Part shown: piece after piece, positions 22,170-33,785 of the stretch
Numbering within the stretch: position 1 is the first letter of the stretch
Layout of the letters: each line of letters begins with the position of its first letter
From: Macrostomum lignano
Taxonomy: Eukaryota
Length of the DNA stretch: 64,000 nt
Reading direction: 5' to 3'
NCBI GenBank assembly: GCA_002269645.1
Contig: NIVC01002240.1
Location: 78,039 to 142,038, forward strand
The notes under the pieces: model-generated
What the model was told of the DNA's origin: nothing
The model's input: only the letters and a program-made list of their open reading frames with translations
The model's database searches: none
Position numbers and translations under genes: made by a program

Positions 22170-25121
22170 CATGTAGATGGGGCGACTCACGGGGGACGAC
22201 GGAGTCAGGAGGCCTCTAAGCGCCGCCGGCAGCCCTTTAATGCGCGGCGCAAAGTGCTTGGCACCAATGCTTGTCGGACCCACCAGGACTCGCGGCCTGC
22301 CAAGCCGGAGCCTCGAGGGCCATCGCAATGCACGCACAAGCAGAGCCAAGAAGGAGACAAGTCAGCCGCATCTGCAAAGCCAGATTCGGGTCGCCACCTT
22401 CAATGCCCGCACTCTCAGTCAGACATGGAGACTGCAGGAGCTGACAAGACTGGCGGCCGAACTCAACATCTCCATCCTGGCAGTTCAAGAATCTATGGAT
22501 CTGGGCCTAAGCTGGCAATTCAAGGTTGCCTTAGCCACCCCCAGGGAACTGGAGGCATCGGCTTCCTGCTGTCGCCCGCCGCATCCAGAGTGCTGCTGGA
22601 CATCAGGTTTCCATCCGAGCGCCTGGGACTCGCCTCCTTTGCCGGAAAAGACAGGCGGCTTCACATCATCCGTGTCTATGCTCCAACGGCCCCCCCCCCG
22701 GACCAGCGAAGATCCATCTGAGACAGAAGCCCTTTACGAGACTCTGGGCTGCATGCTTGATTCCATCCCTGCTCGTGACTCTGTCATTGTTGCTGGTGAA
22801 TTCAACTCGCCATTGCCAGCGGACGGCCGCCTGATAAAGAACAGCTGTGGCATCCCCAATGCCAACTCACCTTTTCTATCCAGTTTTATCCAGGCCAGAG
22901 ATCTGATGGCTGTCAATGGCATCATGCGACAGCGCTTCAGCAAGCTTCCAACTTTCTCTGGCCCCAACGGGCGAACGACTCGGCTGGACTGGATTCTCTG
23001 CCCAACTGCTCTGAGGTCCAGGGTGCGCAGAGTCCTCAACATCCGCCCCGACTGCGTTCAATCTGATCACCGCCTGGTGGCATGCGACTTCGATCTGCAC
23101 TGGCAAAAGCTCCGGCCTGCGCCACCTCCCCCGCTCTGGGCCGACCTGAGAAACCCGGACACGCGGCAGGTCTTCCTACGCAAGCTGCATGCCGCCACTC
23201 CTGCTCCAGCCGAGTCCTTCGAGTCTTTCCATCACGCTGTCGAGGATGCTGCAGTGCTTCTCCCACGGAGACAGTCAAATCATCTAAAGGCCCTGGGACC
23301 GCGATCTCATCATCTCCAAGGCAAGGCGGCATGTGCAGAGCACTGCTGCACTCCACGGCCATGACAGCGACCAGGCCAGTGCTGCCAGGGACGAGCTGCA
23401 GCGCATCTACGCCCAACGGACTGAAGCCTTTATCGAAGAGGCTGTGAGCGAAATCCAACTCGCTACTGACAACTGCCGCCATAGTGCTGCCTGGAGGGCC
23501 ATCAACCAGCTGACTGGCAGGAAGCCCAGGCCCAACACCATCGTCGGCGCTGATTCCACCGAGCACCGCAAGGCCCTGCTGGCCACCCACTACCGCGAGG
23601 TGCTCAACGCGCCCGCTCCAACTGCGCCTCTTCTGCCAATCCCAGACTTCGCTCCAGCCCAGCCAGGCGCCTTCAACACCGGCCCACATCACTGCGGTTG
23701 ACCGAGCACTGAGGACCATGCGAGCTGATGCTGCCGCTGGGGTGGACGCCATCCCTCCCAGGGTCCTGAAGCTGCCCGAGCTCACCCCGATCATCACCTT
23801 CCTGCTGAACAAGTACTGCAGCCTTGGAGGCAACGAGACCGCCTCAGCTCCTCAGCAATGGCGCACCTCCAAGATTGTCTCCATCCCGAAGAAAGATGCC
23901 TCCACCAGCTTGGGCAACCAGCGGGGCATCGCTCTGGAATGCACAACGCCGAAGCTGCTGAACGAGATTCTGCGCAACCGCCTCCTGCCCGGCCTCAACC
24001 CGCTGCTGCTGAGCCTCCAGCTTCCGCCCGGGCAGGTCCACCACCGAGCAGGTTGCCACCATCCGCTCTGTCATCGAGGCCTGCAAGACCCGCCAGCGCT
24101 CCGTGTCAATCATCTTCGTCGAATTTTTGCAAGGCGTTTGACTCGGTGTCCAGGCCTGCGATCGCTTGGCTTCTATCTCATTATGGCGTACCTGCTGCGC
24201 TGGGCTTTTGTCATGTCGAGCGACGGCCCCACAGAAGAGTTCGGCACCAGCTCAGGCGTCCTTCAGGGCGACACGCTGTCTCCTCTGCTCTTCCTCGTGG
24301 TTGTGGACTACGTGCTTCGTCGGTCTCTCCGCGAGGATGACAGCTACTTGCTGGTCTCACGCCGAAGCTCCAGACACCCTGCTGTTTCGCTTCCCGCTCT
24401 CGCGTATGCTGACGACATCGCGCTGCTCTGCCGCGATCCAGCTGCTGCCCAGCGCGCTCTCACAAGGCTCTGCGACGAGGGCGCCCGTGTTGGACTGCTG
24501 GTGAACGCTCGCAAGACGGAGGCGCTGCACGTGGGCACGAATACCGCCCCAACTCTAACGCTGCCCAATGGAGACCGCATCGCGGTGTGCAAGGACTTCC
24601 GGTGCCTCGGCGCCCTGGTGATTAGCCCCGATGCAATTGTCTCCGACAGAAGGAACCAGGCCTGGCGCGCCGTGCACCTCCTCATGAACGTTTTTAATAC
24701 AGCTGCCAGAGACGACCTGAAGGTGCGCCTGTTCCGCGCGGCCGTCGAGCCGATCCTGCTGTACGGCATGGAGGCTGTGTCGCTGACCGAAACGCGAGAG
24801 CGAGCCTTGGACGCGCTTTACCGATCGCTGCTGGGCGTGCACTACCCGGATCGCCTGTCGACCAACGCTCTGATGGCCCGCGCTGGAACTCCGCCCCTGA
24901 GCGCTACCCTGGGTCGCAGTGCGCCCGTCCCTCTGGCCCTGGCCATGCTGCACCGGCCGACCGAGCAATTGCGCCGCGGCCAGGCCCGCACTGCCACTCT
25001 AACGGACTGCCTCATCGCTGACTTGCAGGCGCTTGAGCTGACCGCTCAGGCTGCTGCTGCCTGCCCCTCCCGCCTGTTCTGCGAGTGCGCGCGCGCAAGG
25101 GTCCTCCCCTCTGCGTCTTAA
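22170..25121 (+). mobile_element. Decayed non-LTR retrotransposon (APE endonuclease + RT, RTE-like; clade not determined)
   Basis: APE: IRVATFNARTL..ILAVQE, VIVAGEFNS, RLDWIL, SDHRLV. RT: WRTSKIVSIPKK, FCKAFDSV, GVLQGDTLSPLLF, LAYADDIALL. Several frameshifts; the stop at 25121 runs straight into (TA)n. Confidence 0.93.
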
Positions 25122-25834
25122 TATATATATATATACACATAGATACCCGAACGAGTCGTAAAGACGAAGCAAAACGGAAAGTGAATGGGAAATTCCCCGA
25201 TAGGCTACGCCCGTGTCTTACAACTCTATAGTACTAGTTTAGGTGACAGTTATACTTTAGAAATTAGATCTGTGATCTAGAACCAGAACAAGCAATATGG
25301 AAAGGCGGATGGACATTTCGTCAAGAAACCCTTCGTCAAAAGCCTTTTCTTCAAATACGAGTAGTCATTTCGTCATGTCACTCAATAGTGTAAAGAGATG
25401 TGTGCAGGATGTTAAGTTTAAATTAAAGTACATACCCTAGATCAGTCGCTCGTAATTTGAAGCCTTGCTAAAATAAGTCGGTATCGAAAAAGAAGTATAC
25501 TTCTTGTTTAAAGTGACGTGTTTCTAAGAAAAAAATACGTACATTTTAATTACTAAAGGGAACCGTGTTGTTAAATTACCTAAATAGTTTTAAGTTCTTT
25601 ACAACTTAAGTATGATTTTCACTTTTAATTTTTTAAACTTTCTTTTCAAAGCAGTGTTAAGCAAAGTGCTTCTAAGAAATACGCTTATTCAGTTTAGTCA
25701 AAAATGGTTACGTCAACAGCAATAACTATTGATTGCAAATTTAACTAATTTTTATTATTGCCATTATTACCTTTCTTAATTATAGTCAGTATTCTTTTGA
25801 CGAAATTTCCTGTAACTGTAACCTATGAAAAGGC

Positions 25835-25960
25835 CCATAGATGGCATTTAATATATAGGATGTTGAACAAGTACAAGTCAGGAGACAACTTGACTCAGAA
25901 GAATCTCGTCTTGTTATATCTTTGTGAATTCAGATGGTTGGTGGAACTCAGTGAGGACAC
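25835..25960 (+). mobile_element. Possible Merlin/IS1016-like transposase C-terminal remnant
   Basis: RWHLIYRMLNKY..LLYLCEFRW resembles the W....YLxEFxW motif; short, motif-level evidence only. Confidence 0.25.
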
Positions 25961-28153
25961 CATAATAAATATTGATAACCTATCCCGGGCTGCTAAAAAC
26001 GTTTGTCCAACGAAAAAGATATTAGGCAAAGTGAAAACAGTCGTAGTCGTATGGTTCGTTTAAAAAGCGTTGGAACAATGTGGAACATTAAATGAAAGAA
26101 AATACTGCACATTTGCGGCGCAATTACTGTTAGTAGCATCATATGCATGTTTGCATATCTGTAACAGAATAGATGAATTAGCCGGAAATCCGTTGTTAAA
26201 AAAACGCTGTAAATCGGTAAAGTAACCGCGTGTCTCTTTTGTAAAACTTAATTATATGCATTACACGTAGGATAAGATGAAAGCTTAAATTCGCTGGCCA
26301 CACGACTATAAGAAAGCTGAAACTGCTGTTCTGCTACATGTACGGGCATACTGTAGCTGTAGAGCTGATTGAAATTACAATTAATCAAGTATCTTCGTTA
26401 AAAGTTACATTACACATTCAATTAATGAGCTCATTAAATTTCCTGTTTGCTAAAGGCGTGGAAAACTTTATTTATTTTACTTCTTTATTAAGGCTTCATA
26501 ATCATAATCAGTTGCCCGTTAGCTATACTACTGACAGTAGGGTCTTAATTATAAATTAAAGAGAGTAATCCGTTTAAAAGCTTAATATAACCCACAGGAA
26601 AATCACACCTGATTAGTTGTATAAAAATAAATTTATCATAAGCACAGTCCATACTCAGTCGTAAACCTATTCCTTCATGAAAAGTTTATACTTAAACTAT
26701 TGATGGCATGCCGCATAAGGCTCATCCAGCAATTGTTATTTGCTTCTTTGACTGAAACAACCGTACAAAGAAGATAAATTAAGAGCACTAGCTTCTGAGC
26801 GCCTAATTTGCTATTGGATGAAGATTGATCAGAAGTGCTGCTGTCTGTGAGCGGATTGGGCCACGGTTCCCCGCTTCCTGTGGACAAAATAGCTGCGTGG
26901 GTTTTTGGCTTTTTTGCAATTACACTTGTACAATTATCAATTCTGTTGTATAATAATTTGTTAACTGGTTGATATTAAATGTCCCCCCTAGTCTATAAAT
27001 GAAGCTAGGCTATAAGCATTTGCATGCATCAGATATCGGAAATTTTAGTGACAGTTTTAGCGGTAGCTAAAAGTTAAACGTACCCGCATTTAGTAGAGAA
27101 AAAACGATTTCAGTTAGTGGTTTGATTTTTGCATATAATAGCTAAATTTTAAGCAGCAGTTACGCAAACAGTTTGCTGCTTTTGAGTCTAAATAAGCGAT
27201 TCAAGCTTTCTAATACTAATCGAGGGCTGGGAATCAACTAATTTTTGTGAAAGATGTCACCCTAAGTCACTAAGCGTTTTAGAAAGCAATTCGGAAGTGT
27301 CACTCTTTCTTTTTCAAGATCTGTTCCATTGCCTCTGCTTTCTCTGTCTATCGAGCCTTCCGAATCGCGGAGCATTTGCTAGATTAGAGCACAGATACTA
27401 AAGACGGATACTATTTTTGATTATCTTTTTGATTATCAAAATTTTTGATAATTGATAATTTAATATTTGATAATTTTGATAATCAAATTTTTTGATTTAT
27501 TTTTGATTATGAGACGGATATATATTTTTGATTTTTGATTAGAGCTTCCCGTTGTGACGGGGGACTTGTGGAAAACTTCATTGTTTTACTATCATTTTTA
27601 CTATCAGTAGACTACTACGTAAGTGTATAATATTTTGTATGAATTCTGTGTACGAGTACATTCATTGAATCGGCTTTTATATGTCAGCAAGTGATGAATT
27701 TTTAACAAATCAATAATTTGCCCAGCGCCCATCGTAACTATCAGCCAATTACAATTCGCTGTATCATCTATCGTTTTATATTAACTGTTCGTTTTTCGTC
27801 GCTACTCAAAAACAAATAAAAAACTTGGCCAACTAAGCAAGCAAAATATATCAATTCAATTGAATATTGGACTGCGCTATACTTGCATTTTTCTTCGGTC
27901 TTGTTCGGTCTTGTTCTGCCAAGGACTGCCAGATTAAATTCGTCACACCGTTGGGTCTACTTCATTATCTGTGTTTGAAGCCCGACTGCTATGAGATCAG
28001 CAGGACAGGAAGTGTCTGCCGAAATTTTCATATTTTTCTGCTGCTGAAAGTTCCTGTAATTGGCTTGTGCGACGTCCTAGAACACACTTTAATTGCTACT
28101 CTACTCATATATGGTCTTTATTTGTGTTTATATGGGCTTAATTTACTCTAAAT

Positions 28154-31100
28154 GGGTGATTCTCATTGAGAGGTTTCGGAGGTTTTGAGGTTTTTCAGAG
28201 GTTTAATTTCGAACAAATATTTTTGCACAAAAACTTTAATACTGCACAAAAATTAAAATCTTACTGAAATTTACTAATGAATAAAAATTTTCTTTAGAAA
28301 ATAGCTCGGAGGTTTCGGATTCTTTTTAATTTTGCTTCTGATAGGCACGCGCGGAAATTATTTAACTGTTTTTATGCGTGGTAGTCATGACTCATTTTAT
28401 GCCATGCCATTTTCATTGTTTCCTTTTCATTTCATAAGCGCAAAGTTGCGAATAGTCACAAGTATGTGTTGTTCCCTTTCAATGCATATTTGTAACTATC
28501 TTAATTTCTACTAGACCTGTCCATGTAATTAAAAACAGACACTATTTATTTACCAATACGAATTTCATATTGTTTTTGACTTGGTCTTAAGAAAGCTATC
28601 AATTTTTAAGCCAGACTAACTAAATTAAGACTAACAAGACCAAATCAGTATTTTTTTCATCAAGTCAGTATCATTCGCTATTTAATATAGATTGTTAGTC
28701 TAACTAACTAAAGGCCCTAAGTATTTTACTAGGCATCTATAATCATATAATGTAAAATATATTTGATATTCTTTTTTTATTTTATATACAATATACTAAA
28801 AATTTTATTTTTCTATTTTAAATTATTTACTATTTTTACATCATCATCCTAAATCCTAACACACGATGCACATAGGATAAAAATTTATTACCTAAGCCTC
28901 TAATACTAGTATTCTCTTCACAAAGCTTTAAAATGGCAATTTTTTACTACTTTACCTCTGCCTATAAAATTGAAAGCTCTAATGATCTGAAATTTTTACA
29001 TATTTTTTTTAAATAAAATTTATTAATAGCTTTATATTCAGTTATAATTTAAGTTGATATAGTCTAGTACAATTTCTATTACTCTTATACATTAGTAACT
29101 TGCTTTAGTAACTAGCTTTCTTTTTATGCAAATATTCAAACTAAATAGTAGCTTGTACTTATGTATGTCTAGTTATCACATTTTTGTTCAATTTTTAATT
29201 TACTTTATAAGTTATTTGTTGTAATATTAAACAAATATACTCTCTTATCATCCACAGTAGTTATCATGCCAATGAAATGCATGGTGCCAACCATGTTGGG
29301 GAGAAGGCTCTAAATCTTTAGATTTTCTTATGATGTTAAGTACTTACACTACACCCATATACTAAAATGTAAGACTAACATTGTATTTCTCAATCATGCC
29401 ATCTTTCCAGAACCCATCAAACTATGGGAATTTGTGCAAAGCAATGGCCTACTAAAATACCATTGCATAAGATGATATGCTTCTAGAAGTCGCGGTTGGC
29501 GCGATATGCTTTTGGCGCGGCTCGACTTCAGCGTTGTTGCTCATCATTGCATCACTGGAGTCCCATTGTCGCATTTTTGGGCTTCCAGCATCAACTGGTT
29601 CGATAGTCTCAATTGGAGGCCATGAAAAGCAATGTCAGGCCGCATGCTGGTGCCAATCTTGGAGAGGAATTTGCAGCCCACCTGATTGCCCTGTGGGAAT
29701 TTTGCCAAGGGAACTCACACGAATCGTTTTTGTCCAGCAGCAGCAGCCGAGTGTTACTGATTTAAATGGAACTCACTACAACTGACATAATGCGACTGCC
29801 CAATTGCACTTTGCTGGCAGTAGCGGAAACCGCGCACTGAGAAGCATCGCTCATGTTCCTCACCCTACAATATTGAGCTCTCGATCACGTCGGTGGTCTT
29901 GACGATGTAGGATGCATCTTCATAGACATGCCATTGAACCTGGAATGCTATGCTGCATCTCAAAAGGCTGGCTAATGTTTTTTCAAGGGTTTAGTGTGGC
30001 GAGACTCCAAGTCTGATAGATAATCCAATGTCAGCCAGCATGCGTCAACTGCGCAAGCTTGATCCAAGCAAATGAGCTTCACAGTAGTTTCCAATTGGTC
30101 TTGCCTTATTTTTTATGCCTTTTTTTAAAACATCGAACATTGCAAGAATGCATTTCAAAAACAAAGAAGGAACGTTTTGTATTTTCTCTATCAGTATTTA
30201 TATTTATCCATACATTGCTGTTACATTGCCTAAATATACTATATATAAATATTCTTTGAGAGTCAAATAAAAAAAGTTTAAAAGTTCACATTTCAGATAT
30301 ATACATGAGAGAATATAAGTCTTTTCTTGTTATTTACTCAGATGAAAGTGAAGTTCTTAACTTTGGGAGTTAATGCGCATATGAAAGACAATGCCTGCAA
30401 AAACGAAGGCTGTATCCTGTCAGCCAGCAAGCAGTAGAAGAACTTCGGTCACTCATCTCGAAGGCAGTGTGTAGTAGATTAGCCCCTAGGCTGTCGGTTT
30501 AGTGTCATCTGGTTAGTAGCTAGAGCACAGCCATATTCTGTATGCTGACAACCAAACCAATTGCCACCACAAAAGCAACCCAGCCTGCCAAAGATCTAAG
30601 GGTGGCGAGCTACGTTGCACTGAGTCGCAACATAAGTGGGTATAGGACATGGAATGCCATAATGCCTGTTATTAGATTAGACAAACATGACGCATTGTTG
30701 GCCTGTACAGGCTCAAAATGCAGGCAGGAGACCACGCAAGCGGTAGTTCAGGCGTGGTATTGGCAGCTGAAATAAGGCATGTTGAAATAAAAGGTATTGA
30801 TTACTTTCATCTATAACTTTTCATAAACAATCAATTTCAAAAGTCAAGAAACATAATGATTTTCCTATACATTTATTCTTGCAATCTTTAAAGATGCCAA
30901 TACATTTATATTGAAGAAATTATATTATTTTAAAATAAACAATGCCAAAAATGTGTCCAATGACTTTTTAGTTTTAACTCTAGTAAATATATTGGTATCA
31001 GCTATCTAGTTTATTGCTCAACATAGATTTTTAGCATCAAACAAAGGTGGTGCAATACATGTACAAAGTCTTACCGCAAGCATTTTGTTTGCATAAGAAC

Positions 31101-31846
31101 TGACTCTAAACGTGTTAGAGCTTTTGTCAGCAGTAACAGTTGTGCAACTTGTGTTATTTATGATAGAAAAGCTAATAGCTTTTAGTAATTGAAATTAATT
31201 TTATGATTAAAAGTAAAATGCTCTGCTTTAAGTAATTAAAAGTAAAATGCTCTGCTTTAAGTAGTTAAAAGTAAAATGCATACTTGTAATTCCAGGCCCT
31301 CAAATATTTATAAAAAAACATTGAGACAACAATAATTCTGCTATTTACTTCTGTGAGGCAGTATGTCATAACATAACATAACATCACATCAATGTCATAA
31401 CATAATTCGAATGCAAAATGGTATGCAGCACTCAAAAGTAAAAAACGGGAAACGGATGAAACAGCTGTCTATACGTTTTCAGTATATTTCAAGCAGCGCC
31501 TTCAAGTCAAATATTTTTTATTTTATTTATGCACCTTGAATGTAAATGCCAATGGCAACGATGACATTACCAGTGTGTTGTGTTGCGTAGTGTTTTAAAA
31601 AACCACTTTCAAAGCATGAAAATAGTTGTCTAAGTTAAATAATTTCCGCGCGTGCCTATCAGAAGCAAAATTAAAAAGAATCCGAAACCTCCGAGCTATT
31701 TTCCAAAGAAAATTTGTATTCATTAGCAAATTTTAGTAAGATTTTAATTTTTGTACAGTATTAAAGTTTTTGTGCAAAAATATTTGTTCGAAATTAAACC
31801 TCTGAAAAACCTCAAAACCTCCGAAACCTCTCGATGAGAATCACCC
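28154..31846. mobile_element. MULE/Mutator-type non-autonomous DNA element, 3693 bp, 214-bp TIRs, 9-bp TSD
   Basis: TIRs 28154-28367 and 31633-31846 (start GGGTG; only a handful of mismatches). Direct repeat ACTCTAAAT at 28145-28153 and 31847-31855. Long G-starting TIRs plus a 9-bp TSD are the Mutator hallmark. No intact transposase ORF inside. Confidence 0.85.
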
Positions 31847-33441
31847 ACTCTAAATTTCAATTTTCCAAAACATCGGTTTTTTAAGTTGCGTCCTCACTTT
31901 GGTTTTTCTACCAAAAAGTTTTTCTACCCAAACTTCCGTCTAACATAAGTTGGCTCGCGTTGCGCATTTTAAGATAGTTTAAAAACTATTGTGTTCTATT
32001 TTTTGTCTAGTTTGCAGTGTATATTTCGGTTTTCTCTGGTTCGATTGAAATGAACCTATTTCAATTTTATGATAGGCCTAGGCACTATTTTACGTTTTTT
32101 CCGTGACTTTTGGCCCATATGCGCTCATAAATGAATTGTAATGATCTCTCTGTGTATCATTAAGAAGTAAAAATATGTAATATACAAATTCACAGCTTGC
32201 ACTTCTAAACAAATTGTAACTAGGCCTAATGTAATGATCTATCAGTATTTCTCATTGACAAATACAATCTATGTAATATACAAATTCCCATATGCAATCT
32301 TCAAGTCATCTGCATTGTGGGTAGCCCTATATTGCAGCTTAAAGTGAGGTCCAATACGATATAAGTAGGTCAGCCAGTCAGTCCTCTATTAACAATCATC
32401 ATCATGTCTAATTGTGTTTTTTGTCATAAAGAAGTAGACAACAAGCATTGCAATGCAATCAGTGCTCCCGATGGGCGATGGCAGCATAAGACTTGCAACA
32501 ATGGTGTGACATGACATAGTATCAATACTGTCAACTACAAAGACTAGATAGCTTTGACTAGCTACATCTGCAATTATATCTGTGCTGATTTTTTGCAATC
32601 AACTAGGCTTATAAAAAAAGCACTCTTGCTTGCCTGCAGCCACCTGAATGCACCTGTAGCATAGTAGGCCTAAACAGTAATTTTATTTGTTTTATTTTTA
32701 TTTGTAGGGCCTAATTTTATTTATTTATTTATTTATTACAACCTATTAGTCTATGTTGCTGCTATGGGTTTTCAGTCTATTACCAAAATGGTTATTGCCA
32801 TAATATATTAGCAAAAACCATAGTTCTTATGAATTCACATGTTTTAATTACTATAAGTTCAACCATTTTCATATTTCAATTTCAAGATGTTGATGTACAA
32901 TATCCATAGCATATTATCAATTGTGTATTTTCTAATTAGATCAATTTATAGGTCTACAAAAATATGACAAAATAGGCCTAGTTTTTTAAAATCATAATCA
33001 TTAGGCCTAAACAGTATTGAAATTCTAAGAGTAGGCCCTATTAAATCGAAAAAAATTGGAACTAGACTCCAAGCAAAAAATCAATCTGCTTAGAAAGCAA
33101 CATTTTTAAATAAAAATTTGCACTTAAAAATTCTGAAATTTAGAAAACCAAAATCAAAATCATAATAAAAATCTTTAAATTTTGCCATATTATCACATAT
33201 AACTTTTTATCTGCTAGACCAATTCTTCTAATATTTTATGATGCTAATTAAAACAGTTAGTTAAAAGTTGTATTGTATCTAAAATTTCAATTGGCATAAG
33301 CATTCTTATAAAAATGGTAATCTTAGTCTAGAAACTTGTTTATCAAAAAAACAATTTGTCAAAATATTTGCTTAGCAAAATGTCTTAAATGCCTATCTAC
33401 TTTTAGTGACTATGCTATAGGTTTTTTATTTGTTTAAGGCC

Positions 33442-33575
33442 TAATAATAATAATTGATTATACCTACCCCAATGGGTAGATGAGCACCAATAGCTTAGCT
33501 GCAGCTATTGCATAGCACATCTGAAGTCTGCATATAGTTGTTCAGTCCTGAAAGACTAGGGGTCGCCATACATAC
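33442..33575 (-). mobile_element. Old, CpG-depleted 3' fragment of the CORE-type SINE
   Basis: Aligns with 47831-47960, including the (TTA)n tail and catctgaag..tgttcagtcc..gggtcgcc. Confidence 0.75.
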
Positions 33576-33785
33576 TATCACACATTATATCTTTTGAACT
33601 AATCCTAATAATCCTAGCTAAATATAGGCCTTTAATAAGCAATGCCATCTTGTTGCTAAGCTGGTATAATTGTTTTGAGACCACCAATGCTAGAATGATG
33701 ATTTGATGATTTGAATCTGGCAATTTATCAAATTCTTCTGCTATAGATTAAGGCTTAAAACATACTTTGCTCACAGTCCCACAGC

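Noticed and set aside
26675-26887. Minus-strand segment with a good acceptor, Ser-rich then hydrophobic (possible terminal exon)
   Set aside because: No partner exons or domain match could be supported.
30340-30780. KDZ/Zisupton-like transposase hints on the minus strand (HCLRDExPKFF, INSQS)
   Set aside because: Motifs lie in different frames, spacing is wrong, and stop density is close to random; a profile search would be needed.
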